Shown: one piece after another, positions 1 through 12,534 of the stretch | Position numbering within the stretch: position 1 is the first letter of the stretch | Layout: every line of letters starts with the position of its first letter | From: Amoebophrya sp. A120 | Taxonomy: Eukaryota; Protista; Dinoflagellata | Assembly: GCA_905178155.1 (NCBI GenBank) | Contig: CAJINV010000011.1 | Coordinates: forward strand, 2,838,485-2,902,484 | Length of the DNA: 64,000 bases | Direction of reading: 5' to 3' | Program-made: the position numbers and the translations under genes | Notes under the pieces: model-generated | What the model was told of the DNA's origin: nothing | What the model saw: only the letters and a program-made list of their open reading frames with translations | The model's database searches: none

Positions 1-664
1 AAAATGAAATGTAGGCTGGACCTCTCAACGCATGAATTCATGCGGAAGTCGAAAACCCTTGAAATGCTCGCTCAGGAATATTATGTGCACATCGTGTCAC
101 CACGTACCTCCGTGGCGTTGCCTCTCACAACTGTTCCTCCATCACTCATGATTGAAAAATACTGTCTAGCCATCCTGGATGAGATATCCCCGAACACCAT
201 ACCACTACACATTCCAAGTCGCAACAGGCCCGTCTTGGCCCTCCAGCAAAGAAACAGCCGCAGCTTTCTTTTTTTTCTTCAGTGAGAAAACCCCATGGAT
301 AACTTCATTACAACATGACGTCTGATTCAATACGTTCTCCTATTCCTTCCATCAGCAGAATTGATTTTTCACTGTTCGTCCCAAAGGATCCTTGCGTTCT
401 GCTTGTACCTGTGGGTATTTGGTTTGTGCGATTGAAAGTTAGTTGTTTTCACACCCAGTTTGCAGCTTTGAACCAACGATCACACGTAGCAAACTATAGC
501 TTTTTTGCATCAAATCAAAAACCGAAGAACCTGTACACAAGCACTTTACCTTCAATGTCTGCTTTCTCCGACGGAAGGCGAGATGAACCTCGTTGAAATC
601 TCAGTCTGATCTTTACACTGGGTTGTTTACGTAGTTCTCGTAAAAGTGACAAGTGCCGATCGAT

Positions 665-1363
665 TTACTTTCCACCACGCGGGGCCTGGACCGGGTCGCG
701 GGACGGGCGCTTGCGCACGCGGCGGGCGTCGGCGGAGCGGACGCGCACGATACGGGCGTGGATGGCGCAGGACACGCAGTACTGCTGCTTGATGTACAGA
801 CGCGGCAGCTATCAAATGCAAAAATATCTGGGTCTGGAAGAGTGCAGACTTGTCATGCATATTTTGCAACATAGATACCAAAACGCCACAAAGACCTCAA
901 GGAACCATCCACAACCAAGAACCTTGGAAAAGTGGAGTCCCCGAAGTCATGCATATTTTGCAAGATGATTGATGCCTGTAATGCATGATCTAGCAACACA
1001 GATTTTATTTAGAGGGCTTTCCAATGCCTACTCTGCATGAGAAATGCCCTCTCCGCATAAAAACACAAACTGGAGTTCTGTTGGTGGTCATGCAATACAG
1101 ATTTGCTTGGAATCTAAAGACAGCATTACAAGTTGCAACTTTCCAGACCCAGACATTTTTGCAATCCATAGCAGCTGGTAGGTGTCGATGGCGGACTGCT
1201 CCTTCAAATCACGCGCGGAGGAGGTATCAACGATGGTACGGACGACGAACTTGCGCACGGCCTTATCCTTGGGGACGGCACGGTAGCAGTTCGAGCAGCG
1301 CATGATGGCGGTGTGGCCACGGCCATGCTTGCTGCGTCCGTTGTTGCGGCGTTTAGACGGCAT
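665..1363 (-). CDS. RPS26: 40S ribosomal protein S26 (eS26), 2 exons
   Basis: [17 protein letters not shown]...[17 protein letters not shown] joins to [27 protein letters not shown] after removing the 810-1170 element plus one GCAGC copy; TAA at 665-667. Confidence 0.95.
810..1170. mobile_element. TIR introner, family A (tctgggtctggaa core); non-canonical intron of RPS26
   Basis: ~30-bp TIRs tatcaaatgcaaaaatatctgggtctggaa / ttccagacccagacatttttgcaatccata; direct repeat gcagc at 805-809 and 1171-1175. Confidence 0.92.
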
Positions 1364-2237
1364 CTTGTAATGAAGTGTAGGGTTGGAAGTAGATTATGAT
1401 CTACTTCGGGGTATGTCTCTACCGTGTTCTTTTGTTGTCCCTGTTTTTTGTGTAAAAGGAAGGAAAAGCGATGTGTGAGAAAAATCAAATTTTGTGCTAA
1501 GACGAGTTGTGATAGATACACGACTACCGTTGTAGGCAGTCTAAAATCGAAATCAAATCCGGGGAGAGTGGGGCAAGTTTTTGAGCTTCAGAAACCAACA
1601 ATTTAGATCTTCGCTATCGACTTTTCGAGCAGTATTTCGATCGGATCTCCTACTGCACAGGATCAGGAGCTTTAAATTGAGTGATTCGTATTTCCAAAGA
1701 TCTTTAGAAAATCCAAAATGTACTTGCTTTTTCGGGACAGCATTTTGCGACTCGGGAACTGAAACTGTGTTTGAAAGTAGATTTCATTCCTTCGATCATT
1801 GATTTTGCACCTGTAATTCAAATTACCGATCCGTTTCCTTTTCACTGTCTGGTGTAGTACAACAATCCTACGATCGCAATGCTTTTCTGGGATCATCTAA
1901 GAGAAACACTGCTACCCGAGCCAACTAGTTGCACCTTCTGCGTACAGTGCTGCAGCCCTGCAACTTCTTCGCGTCTATTTTTGTACTTCTGACGTCCGTA
2001 CTTTACTTATAGAAAAGGGGTCAACAACGCGGGAATGCTTCACTCCAGAGAAGCCACAGCTCCTCCGCTTCAAAAAATACTGTTCGGTAGTTTCCGGCGA
2101 GATATTATCAGGGCGTGAAAGAAGCATCAAGTATTCACACTAGGACAGGGGAGTTGTTTTTGGGATAATTATCCGAGTCGCAGTCTGTACGCTGCTGCAG
2201 GTGGAGGAGCACGAGCACAGTATGATCCACGACGACC

Positions 2238-3518
2238 TTACATTGCCATGTACTTGTGCAAAAAGCGTTTGTGGAAGTCGCTGCGCACGTTGTCGTTGAT
2301 GAAGCGCTTGGCCACTTTCGGTGCGGTTTTGGCCTGGTTTTTGAAGATGCTGTCTTCGTTCCAGGAGCGCTTGAGGGACTGGTTCACCTGCTGTCCTCCG
2401 GAGAGCAACGGATTGGAACTTCCGATGTTCTCCTGCCGCTCCGCCTCCTGCTTCTGCTGCTCCTCCGCCTCCTCCTTCTGCTTCGCGTCTTCCTTCTCCT
2501 GCCGAATCTTTGCAAGCTCCCGCTGCAGCTCTTCGTAGTCGCTGTCGCTGTTTTGGTTTTTGAAAGAAATATTGTATGACAACGAAAATAATGAAGCTGC
2601 ATCCAGAGATTTTGGGATTGTGCTTGCGTAAAGTTTTCAGACGGCCATACAGACCGATGTCTCCATCATTCAATATTTCAATTTCTATTTCATGTTTTCA
2701 TCTCCGTCAGTTCAAGCGCGAGTAAGTTTCTTTCCACACCATGATTCAGATCAAAGTGATGAAATGTTTCTTAGCTGTCATCCTGAGAAATGAGGCTTTT
2801 GTATTTATAACAGACGATACAAAGGGTTTTTTTTTTTGTTTCAGTCCAAGCGCGAGTAAATGTTTTTCCACACAATGTCTTTCAGATCAAAGTGATGAAA
2901 AATTTAGGCTGTCATCATGTTGGTCTTGGTCCTGTTTTCAGTGAAAATAAGAAGTACTTCAGAGCCAGATGAAACACGGACAAAAAAACAAACGCAATAC
3001 GAGTCGCTGTCGCTGTCACCGTCCTCATCCTCGCTATCCTTCCCTCCCTTTCCCGCCTTCCTGGGCTTCTCGTCCTCACTCTGGCTGTCGAAATCGGCAT
3101 CGGCGTCTTCCGGGAAGGGGTTGTCACCCTCTATTACTGGTAATTGCTTAAACCCGTCGTTGCTTTGAATCACAGATTTCGAAGACGCAGCTGTAGTTCC
3201 TATGCCCCCGACTCCACCTATTCCGGACTTTTTTATCCTGCTTGATGTTCCGCCCCCCGCGTCGGAGGTCGAGGATTTTCCCGTTCGGGATTTCAGGTCG
3301 TGTAACGACGAGGCTCCGTCCTGGTTTTGCTCCCTTTCCTCCATCTCCTCAATCATCTCCGCCCGGGTTTTGGGTTCGACCGTCCGCGTCTTCATGGTCA
3401 GCTCCTGCACGTGGTCCCGTCGCGACTGCTTGGTCGTGCGGGCCACCATCAGATTCCCACTCACCGCATTCTCGCCCCCCAACCGGGACGTAAACGTCGG
3501 CCGGTGCGCCGTCGTCAT
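2238..3518 (-). CDS. CWC15: Pre-mRNA splicing factor CWC15/Cwf15, 2 exons
   Basis: N-terminus MTTAHRPTF; C-terminus KRSWNEDSIFKNQAK...FINDNVRSDFHKRFLHKYM; in-frame GT-AG intron 2548-3000. Confidence 0.92.
2707..2784 (-). ncRNA. Intronic box C/D snoRNA, copy 2 (LSU rRNA guide, U37-like)
   Basis: C-like box AGGATGA, D' CTGA, D CTGA, short terminal stem tctc/gaga. Guides TTTCATCACTTTGA and TTACTCGCGCTTG are antisense to the conserved LSU segment UCAAAGUGA.GAAAUUCAACCAAGCGCGGGUAAAC (recalled, not aligned). Confidence 0.72.
2841..2918 (-). ncRNA. Intronic box C/D snoRNA, copy 1 (LSU rRNA guide, U37-like)
   Basis: C box ATGATGA (2918-2912), D' CTGA (2885-2882), D CTGA (2844-2841); same two antisense elements as copy 2 while the spacers have diverged. 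Confidence 0.78.
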
Positions 3519-4731
3519 CTTGTATAGTAGTTCTTGTGTATAGTACTCTGTTCTACTACTTAGACGGTTCTTGTCGTGCAAGTCGTTTGCTTCTCTAAAT
3601 TCATCTCTTTCTTGGCTTTTTTTTCATATTCAGAACGTCCTGGAAAATTCAGAAAGAGACGACTTCTACAAGTGGCATATTCTAGACGATCACAACAACC
3701 GAGAACGTTCCATTTTGATGATCCAAGTCCCCATGATATTTGAAGATTTTTCGGACGGGAGGATCTCGGCGTATTTCGACTTTCGTAAGTTGTACCTCCC
3801 TAGGCGATCGATTTTAGGCATTCTACTCCCTGCTGATCAGAGTCTTCATCATGCACCATAGGACGAACGAATTTTTTTCCGCTAGTATGGCACGCACTTT
3901 GGGTGCAGCAGCCTAGACGAGGAACAGGCAAGTCCGTATTGTGAAACGGGCTCACGGAAGAAAAAGTCGCCATCTCGGCACCGTATCCGCGAGACCTTGA
4001 CCTTCAGTTCTTGTGTATTACGCACCACGTCACATGCGGTCGCTTGACCTTAGATAGTGCGCGTGGAGATAATGAAAATAATGATCCTACACGTGAAGGA
4101 GCAAAAACAGTTTGCTATTTGCTTCGATCCTATCTCGTGCTAGTTCCTGCAACAGATGCCCCTAGCCTACATTTAAAAACTCATGTTTTGTGTAGTCGAC
4201 GCAAAAACGAGAGACAAAGATAGACGGAAAATTAGGAAACGGTATTTTGTTCGATACAAACCTCCAGTCGCACCAGCTGCCAATAGAAAATTTAGGCTTC
4301 GAAATCTAGATCTTCTACATTTGGAGTCCACAAATCTCTGTGCATCAAGTCAGCCTGTTGTAATTTAGTCGAAGATCTTCTACTGGGCACCACGCTATCA
4401 GTTGTCCAACTGGCGCGATTTCGCGACTCGTACCCTGCAGCACATAGTAATCGACGCAGCTGCGCCGTTTTGTTACTTCAAAAAGCGAACCTGCTGCTAA
4501 AATTTGGCTGCCTCTGGAGACGAAGCCGGAGATCAGAAAAAATTAGGGCTACTAGTACTGAAACAGAAACTGGTTTTAAAGTACTGCTGGGTTGTTGTAG
4601 TCGTTCATACAATACAACGAAAGCACTTCTACTTTTAGTACGTAGGTAAGTAGATCCTGATCCTGTCGTAGTCGCTCTACTAGAAAAATACTTACTGGGC
4701 ATGTAAGTCGTTCTGCCAGCCTGCATTGTCC

Positions 4732-5838
4732 TCACTTCGGCGGCTTCGCGCCCGTCTGCTTGGCGACCATTTCCGCCCGCTTCTTAATGCGCTCCATTTC
4801 CTGGGTAGTTGGCGCCGCCATGCGGACCTCCCGGGGACCATAAGTCGCCATCAGCTTCTTTGAGTATTCCTGCTCTGCCTTCTCAATGCCACATATGTAC
4901 CTGCAATCATGAGATGAGCGCTTTCAACCACAGATCATCTAAATGTTCGTCACAGATACAGAGTGGCGTCTCACATGGTATTGACGACCGTCAGAGTTTA
5001 ACTAGAATAACTTTGGTTTTCCACACAAGTTGCAACTTTCGGAGCACCTTATGAGAATTTAAAGAGGTTTCATCATGGTTGTGGTGCCGTGCGATTCGCT
5101 GCAGCGCAAACGTGCTTGTTCTTGCGCAGAAGAACTACTTACACGTAGAATTCGATCAACTGCATGTCATGCAATACCTGATGCACTGCTTGAGGAACCA
5201 GATTGGACCACCAGCAACGTCATTTCGGATCCAAATGGCCTCGTCCTTCTTATCTTCCACTACTGGCGGCGTCCACCCCTTGATCTTGCCTGATTCAATT
5301 TTTTTGAATCTTCACGTCAACAGACTTCCTGAACAAGTCGAAACAAACTGTAATCTTCACATTTGATCTGTCCGGTGCAATTACAACGCACTTGCATTTT
5401 GCAACGAAAAAATATGCGCAGATGAAAAAAACCAGACCACAACAACCCTCTGCGTACCAATGACTTTGTCAATCCCATGCTTCTCGAACGTGCCCGGCGG
5501 GTGAATGGTTTCAAACATGGCAGTCGGATCGGTTCCAGAGTTCGCCAGCAGAATGTCCTTGCCGCCCGGATGGACCTTCAGGAAGTGGGTCACGTTGACG
5601 ACGTTGCCCTTAATCACCACCCACGCGTCAGTCTCCTTGTTGTGGGGGGCAACCTGAGAAATTTTTTGTATGCTGATGTTTGAAGAAATTGACGGAACAT
5701 TGCCTTTCATGCACGAGCATAGTGGCCTACCAAAAAAAAATGCAAAATTAGGAGAAGATAAATCTTCACCTAAAACGTACACTGTACCTCCTCCATGGTG
5801 TACCACTTTTGGCCTGGCGGAAGTGCTGGCTCGCCCAT
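4732..5838 (-). CDS. Cytochrome b5-like heme-binding protein, 4 exons
   Basis: MGEPALPPGQKWYTMEE|VAPHNKETDAWVVIKGNVVNVTHFLKVHPGG...FETIH...VI|GKIKGW...; three in-phase GT-AG introns; TGA at 4732-4734. Confidence 0.85.
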
Positions 5839-6781
5839 TTTGATGCGTTTTTTGATCTAAAGATGAGGTAGGGGATGACAAGGGTATACTCAGTGCACTA
5901 CAATAGTAGTACCCGAATTTATGGAACAACAGATATTTTCGATTCTCGGATCCGATGTGTACTCTTTCGGGGTGATACAGCACTTACCTCGTACGACAAG
6001 GAAGGGGGTGTAAAAAATACACTCCTGGATATGGTTTGTGATGAAAGCGACTGATACAGAAAGTAGTAATTGTGCTAAAAGACGTTGTCCTCTACTCTGT
6101 TTACAAAACTCATTACTATACGGATGGTGTTGTACGACACGTCTTGTTCATCGCACGATTTAGGCCAAAGTTGTCCTCTTGTTGTACGATTTTTAACCGA
6201 CTTCGCTTCAGTTTTGGATTTGTGGCATCTCGAGTTTTTAACTAGCGCACGACTCATTCTATTGCTTAGGTTTGGTCAATGAAAAAACACCGATCGTCGT
6301 CCTGTGGACTCAGCGACTCACGACGCGGTTGGAAAAAAAAACTGCACTTGACAACGTGCGTGATTTTTGTACTTGACCGAAGAGTAAACTACTGAATTCA
6401 GTGACTATAACAAGACTGTGTCTGTTGACACGTGCACAACATGCAAGGGATATCTTCGCGGGGAAGGACGACAATAAAGAACATCACGTCGACCGGACCG
6501 GCGCAAAATAAAGCCTGGAGCTTTCCTAAAGGCAAACACGAGCAGCCTCTCTCACTTTTTTTCGAGTTGTCATCGTAGTTTCAGTTTCATCCGCGTTTGT
6601 TCAGATAGACATTGATCATGACACGATCCCTGTTGTGTTCTCCTCCGGAAAGCTGTGAAAATTCTCATAGGTAAGGTACGATTCATTTCAGCGACACAGG
6701 CTTCCTGAATTAAAAACTGTAGTTTTGGCCCAGCAAGAAAGCGAAAGTTTGAGCTTCACTTCCCCATCCGGAACAACCCAC

Positions 6782-7858
6782 TTACTTTCCCTCCTTCTGC
6801 TTGGCGGCCTTGTCGGCAGCGCGCTTCAACCTGCGGCCGAACATCTTCTTGTCGACGCGGGCCTTGCGGAGGACCTTGTAGGCGGAAGAAGCCTTCTCCT
6901 CGTCGGTGATCTTGCGGGCCTTGACGCGCAGGGACGGCTTGGCGATCGGCAAGACGGACTTGCAGGTGGCGGCGAGCTTGGCGCCCTGTAATAGGAAGGA
7001 TGTTTGGAAAGATGAAATTCAAATCTTGTTCAGGGCGCTCTCTCGATCATCTCGCTGTGTGAATAATCTAAATTACGAACGAACAATCTAAATCTATCAT
7101 CCGCACTCAAATAAGTCATGCTTGGCCCTCTCTGCAGGGCTAACGCTAAGCACGATCTCCTGTTTTCGCAGCCGAAGAATAAGAAAATTACATCAAAAGA
7201 TGTTTTTACCTCCAACTCAGCCTTGGGGGTGTCGCCCTTCTTCGGGGCCTTGGCCTTGCGGGGCATGATCATCAACTTGGACATGTACTCCTTCAGGCGG
7301 TCGGCGTTCAGGTCCAGGGATTCCTGGGACTTGTTCTTACGGCGGTGGTCCACGGCAACACCGATGGTCTGGGCCTGCTTGCGCGGGATACCTGTAGATG
7401 GCGGGATTTTCGAGATTTTTGAAAGAAGAGATTGTGAACCTCCGTGGGGTCAAAAGCAAAAGAAGTGGTCTCTTTAGTATACCGTACCAGTAGATCAAAC
7501 TCATCGCTCTAAAGCTCGACCACTACACGTGGCATCATCTGCCATGCCGACCTAGCATCACAAACGGAACTTCTTCTAAAACTAAATTACAATTAGCATC
7601 ACAAATACCAGCCTTCTTCAGCTCCTCCAACGTGAAGCCACGTCCGGCCCGCAGCTTGAAGTTGTAGCGGACGGTCGGCGGGTGCACGGCCGGGCGCAAC
7701 AGACCCAACGGACGCGGGGCGATGGCGGCCTTCTTGGCCTCACGGGCGGTACGACGGGACTTCTTGCGGCCGGCCTGGTTGAACCAGGTGCGGACGTACT
7801 TTTGCCACCACTTTCGGAAGTGGTTGTTCGGGATCACGTTGTTGCCACGGACGGCCAT
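6782..7858 (-). CDS. RPL13: 60S ribosomal protein L13 (eL13), 3 exons
   Basis: [27 protein letters not shown]...[25 protein letters not shown]; GT-AG introns 7392-7608 and 6986-7209; TAA at 6782-6784. Confidence 0.95.
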
Positions 7859-8723
7859 CTTTTGTCTGTTTCTGTGTCTACTACGCGAAGAAAGGTACTG
7901 AAAATACTACGAACTCGTAGTGGGTCCCTGTGAAAAGGAGAGTTAGTTGTGAAGCGGAGTTGTGTGGCAATTGCGCGTGTTTAAATTCATACACCGCTCC
8001 GTGTGTGCGGGAGAGTCAAAAGACCCTTAACGTGACATTTAGAAACATTTGTTGATCCGCTTCGTTCCTTGGGATCGGGAGATGATTTCTGTACTTGATC
8101 TAATTTCAGGAACTAGAAGATCTTCGTCTTGAAGTTTCTCGCGGATCGTACTTTTCATTTCGCTCTCTTTGTCTGTTGTAAGCCTCGTGTAATTTAGATT
8201 TCTTGCACCGGTGAACTTGAGAACATATCTCCTGTGATCGAAAGACCTGCTGATATTTGTGAGCAAGATGATCTGATTCACGATCTAAATTTTCCATCGT
8301 GCTGCAGAGATACACGTGCCAAACCGATTTCCGACTGAGATGTCAAAGACGCTGTTATGGATCTTTAGGTTTTACTTTCTTGTGCGAAGCGAAAGCGGCT
8401 GCGCTGACCGCCCTCTGACGGCGCGGAAATGACGTTCGGGAACGGGATGTGTTGGAAACTACGTGTGGCCTCAAATTTCAAATTCTCCATCAAGATCGAA
8501 ACCATCATAATTTTGTCATTGCAAAATCTTCAAATGCAGATTTCTTTAGATATCGGTGTTGCCCTGACTGATAGCCACTGTCAACTTCCACCCAAAACAA
8601 ACCACATTTGGGATTATGCAGGAGCCACTCCGGAACTACTAAGTTTAAAGTAGTTTCTACACACGCACCAAAGGCACATGTCGCAGCATTTGAAATTTCC
8701 ACAAGGAAAAAAGCTTTATAAGT

Positions 8724-10211
8724 TTAACTAGAAGTCCCGTCCGGGCTACGAGGTCGCTTCGATTTCGAAACTGATCTGTCTGCCGCACCGGGTGCCTCTC
8801 CCTGAGTGATCTCAGCAGGCCGGCGCGGCGGTAGATCAACATCGTCGTCTTTCTCCTCTCCCTCTTCGCCTATGCTTTGTTGCTGCTTTTGTAGATCCGC
8901 CCCCAGAAGTCCCTCTTGTGGCGCCGAAAGCTGTTGGTGTATCATCATACCGGACGATGGTGCTCCTGCTTGTTGTGGCAACTGCTGAGGCAAGTTCATC
9001 GCTACCCGCGAACCAACAGGGCCGAACGCCGGGGGCGCCATTTGCTGATGCACCATTCCGCTCCTCAGAAATTTCTGTGGCTGCAGTTGCTGTCGCACTG
9101 AAGCTGAACTTGTCCCCGGCATCGAGCCAGGTCGAGACATCTTTCCTCTACCACCACCCGGTGGAAGCATAGTACGACCAGCACCAGGAGGAAGCAAACT
9201 ACTACCACCGGGAGGAGGCATGCTACCTCCTCCCGGAAGATCTCCTCCGCCCTTCATCCTGTCGTCCTGTGCAGCGGATGGCGGCGGCCCTCCTTTTCCG
9301 TACAGTGCGCGACTGTTTGAGTGGATCCCCGTTGGGTTTGCGCAAAGGTTCGCCGCACACTGACCATCAAACGCGTAAGGGTTCTCCGCGATGCCATCCT
9401 GAAAATCCTGCTCCGAAACGTAAATGTTTTCGGTTTTCGGATCCACCCGGACCCTGTGCACCTGCTGGAAAACGGTTGCCGACTCCTGCAACCCGGATTT
9501 CTTCATGCTAAACTGACCCGTGACCGGATCTACGTGCGGCTTCACGCTCTCTGTGTACTTCCGGCCGGTGGTCAGGGAAATGCGGTGCATGTGCCAGGGA
9601 CAGAGAATCGCAAGGTCTCTCGTTGGGTCGTCGGCGCTCGTTAGTGGTGGGAGATTTTGCTGTTCTCCTGATTCTGCCTCGGTCTTCTGCTTTTTTGCCG
9701 CGGGATTGTTCGGTGTGCCATTTTCAGTACCACCACCTGTGGACGTCGATGGCGTCAGTGTCGCAGTTGCCCCCTGGCTCTGCTCCTGGTCCCGAGGACT
9801 ACTACTGCCCGCAGCTCCTCCACCAAACAGACTTAAATTACTGGCTGCGCTGTAAAATAGACTCGATGCGGCAGCGAGTAGCGATCCAGTGGCACTGCCC
9901 GGGTCTGCTGAGCTACTGGACGCTGGACCAGTTCCTACTCTAGGTCCTCTATTGTTTTTGTTCTGCTTCCTCGCGCCAGCCGGTATTAGTACGTCCTCAA
10001 TGTCGCCCGCGCCGAGTGGGCCCCCCATGTGGTAGCAATTGCTGTCGATGCAGTAGTAGTCACTGTTTGCACCGTGACGCACCAGCGTCACATACCGCCC
10101 GCTGGCTAACTGTCGGTGGCACCGCTCGTCTTCGCCGAAGTCCCGGATTGTCGCGACTTTTTCTTCCTGCTCTCCGCGAGGAGTTCCGTCCGCACCTTGA
10201 TCTACGAGCAT
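8724..10211 (-). CDS. Rieske [2Fe-2S] domain protein with low-complexity inserts
   Basis: 495-aa ORF with CYHMGGPL and CPWH Rieske ligand motifs. Confidence 0.8.
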   Translation of the reverse strand: MLVDQGADGTPRGEQEEKVATIRDFGEDERCHRQLASGRYVTLVRHGANSDYYCIDSNCYHMGGPLGAGDIEDVLIPAGARKQNKNNRGPRVGTGPASSSSADPGSATGSLLAAASSLFYSAASNLSLFGGGAAGSSSPRDQEQSQGATATLTPSTSTGGGTENGTPNNPAAKKQKTEAESGEQQNLPPLTSADDPTRDLAILCPWHMHRISLTTGRKYTESVKPHVDPVTGQFSMKKSGLQESATVFQQVHRVRVDPKTENIYVSEQDFQDGIAENPYAFDGQCAANLCANPTGIHSNSRALYGKGGPPPSAAQDDRMKGGGDLPGGGSMPPPGGSSLLPPGAGRTMLPPGGGRGKMSRPGSMPGTSSASVRQQLQPQKFLRSGMVHQQMAPPAFGPVGSRVAMNLPQQLPQQAGAPSSGMMIHQQLSAPQEGLLGADLQKQQQSIGEEGEEKDDDVDLPPRRPAEITQGEAPGAADRSVSKSKRPRSPDGTSS

Positions 10212-10825
10212 GGTTACGGTTAATGCTTTACTTTTCTTGATCTACGTACTTATCGCAAGAATAAATAAGTAGAAACGCTGCAATTGAGCACGAAGCACTG
10301 CGGGGCCGCTCAAGTTATGGTGAACGTGAAATACAAATCAATGTCAATCTCAATGGTTGTGGTAGTTTGTTAGTATAGTGCTACTAAATACTCCTCTCTC
10401 GCGGCGCTTAAGATGGATACTGCCTGATTGATTTAGATTTTGAAAAAAAACGCTGAACTCTTGCTCGGATGAAAACATTGAGAAGAAAGAAAATCGCTCA
10501 ACAACATCTCGACGCCCCAAAATCTTAAATTTACAGCCCCACTTGAACACTACTTTTATGTCGTGTACCTTGAGGAACAGTGTTTTACCGCACCTTGTTT
10601 CAAATACGTACTTGCTAGACCGGAGTTTGATCCCATTTCCGTCCTCTTTCGTCCTGTGGCTGGAGTTCCTTGCCACACAAGTGGGAGTTCTCTCTACTTC
10701 TTGGTGACACGCTCGCAAAATCAAATGAAACTAGACACGAAACAGGCTGGAAATAAATCGCTCTGGACTGATGTCTCAGGTACTGCTACCACCCCACTGG
10801 CGGCTTCATCCGCTTCTCTAGTCGG

Positions 10826-11956
10826 CTATTTCCTGTACGTACTCACTAGCACTTCATCCGGGATGCTTGGACAGTATTCCACGTGCAATAGATGCACTTC
10901 GGTTGAAAACAGCTTTTTCCCCTCCTCTCCGAGCACCCAGGCACGGTAGTCCGGCGCGCCCGGGCTTAGGATGTTGTCCGCGACCACCGTCGCGTTGTTC
11001 GCCAAAGAGGGCAGGGAAAGGTGTAAATCCGACAGGTACAGGTGCTTCAAATGGTCCAGGAACAGCAAATCGATATTTTTACCGAGCCTCTCAGCATCCT
11101 TTTCCTTCTTGTTGTACTCTTCCAGGATATTGCTCGAGTAATCTTTTCGCAGCCGGACAGTGATGTCGGCTTCGATTTTCGAATTTTGTTCTCCTCGACG
11201 CTGCTCCTCACTCCCTCTTCCCTCGCCGCCGCGGCCGTCGTATCTCCTGGTTCCTACAACGCCGGCGAAATCTAAAACGGCCAAGGTTGAGGAATAGCTG
11301 AGGGCTGCAGGATCGACGGAATCGATGTTGACTGATAGCTTGTTCGGTAGTTGCGGTGCACCACCACGAGGAACTACGTCAGTCGTGTTTGTCACTGTTG
11401 CTGTTTTTCCTATTTCATCAATCGCTTCTCGCACTCCTTGCACAATTTGCAGCGTTCCGTACCCGAGGAACGCGCCCATTTCCACGATGTTGATTTGTAT
11501 CAGATTTTCTTCATCGCCATTGTTTGTTTTTGATGTCGAGGACTGTTTGACTTTGTCCAAAACGCGGCTCTTCACGGCGCTGCGTAAAACCGCACCTTTG
11601 ACGTTTCCGATGTTGATCAGCATGTTGCCCTTCCAACCAAAATCATCGATGGTTTTAATCGCATTTTCCACGTCGTTTGGCTTTCCGATTGAAAATAAAT
11701 GGTCCACCAGGTGGAGCTGCGGGTGCAGGTTCGTCGGATCGACGTAGATCATAAAGGCCAAAATTTTCGCAAGGCTCCGATTGAAGCGAACGTAGCTTCC
11801 AAAATACTCGCCAACTAATTGTTCCGGGTTGGCGTGAAGAAAAACGCCGAGCAAAAGACCGCAAACCGCTGCACAGGTGATGCACGTGAATTGACAAACC
11901 GTTAGAAATTTCTGCCGCGCCGCCGTCGCGGAGGAGGGAGACATCATTTTGTACAT
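10826..11956 (-). CDS. Catechol O-methyltransferase-like SAM-dependent methyltransferase with N-terminal membrane anchor
   Basis: 376-aa ORF with NIGNVKG, VEMGAFLGYGT, DLLFLDHLKHLYLSDL and VVADNILSPGAPDY motifs; hydrophobic N-terminus. Confidence 0.85.
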   Translation of the reverse strand: MYKMMSPSSATAARQKFLTVCQFTCITCAAVCGLLLGVFLHANPEQLVGEYFGSYVRFNRSLAKILAFMIYVDPTNLHPQLHLVDHLFSIGKPNDVENAIKTIDDFGWKGNMLINIGNVKGAVLRSAVKSRVLDKVKQSSTSKTNNGDEENLIQINIVEMGAFLGYGTLQIVQGVREAIDEIGKTATVTNTTDVVPRGGAPQLPNKLSVNIDSVDPAALSYSSTLAVLDFAGVVGTRRYDGRGGEGRGSEEQRRGEQNSKIEADITVRLRKDYSSNILEEYNKKEKDAERLGKNIDLLFLDHLKHLYLSDLHLSLPSLANNATVVADNILSPGAPDYRAWVLGEEGKKLFSTEVHLLHVEYCPSIPDEVLVSTYRK

Positions 11957-12534
11957 ATGTCTTTTTGTCCTGTAGATCGTTTACTCTTGCTCAATCGATT
12001 GAGTGCAGTGAAGAAGTTCTCAAATCTATCTTTTACTCTGGCGTGATGCCGACAACTACAACGCGATAGAAGATCGTACCGTGGTCGCGTTTTCTGTGGT
12101 CTTAGTCAAATTGCTTGCCACATGGAGACGAGGCAGTGTGCTCCTGCAATACTAAGTCCATAACTACTAGCGCTCCTCGTCATTTTTCTCCGTCTCTTGT
12201 ACTTAAAACCCCTCTGGTCGTGCATGTGCAACTCTCTTTTTTCTAGAGGTCAGGACACGGTTGCCCACGAGCTGCCACAGGAAACACACCGATAGCGGTA
12301 GATGCGGATGATCTACCAGCAAATTGCGTCTCCCTTCTGCAAGGAGAGAGACCCCAGCAGAGATCAAGACCACTTATGAAGTGGCGGCTCCAGCGTGCTT
12401 ATTTCGATTTCTAAATAAACTTGAGACGGATCGCTGTCGGGAGGTCAGCCCACTCAACACCAGAAGGAGGGTCTATTTCTTTATACTTTTATTATATTTG
12501 TCTCTAGTTGAGTGGCACTAGTCGTGAATCATTA

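Noticed and set aside
2637-2670. ATGATG...CTGA with a 10-nt match to the 5' end of 5S rRNA in the CWC15 intron
   Set aside because: Only 34 nt between the boxes, no downstream D box and a short match; insufficient for a third snoRNA call.
2537-3016. 15-bp direct repeat agtcgctgtcgctgt near both ends of the CWC15 intron
   Set aside because: It encodes an Asp-Ser repeat and the intron is a normal in-frame GT-AG intron.
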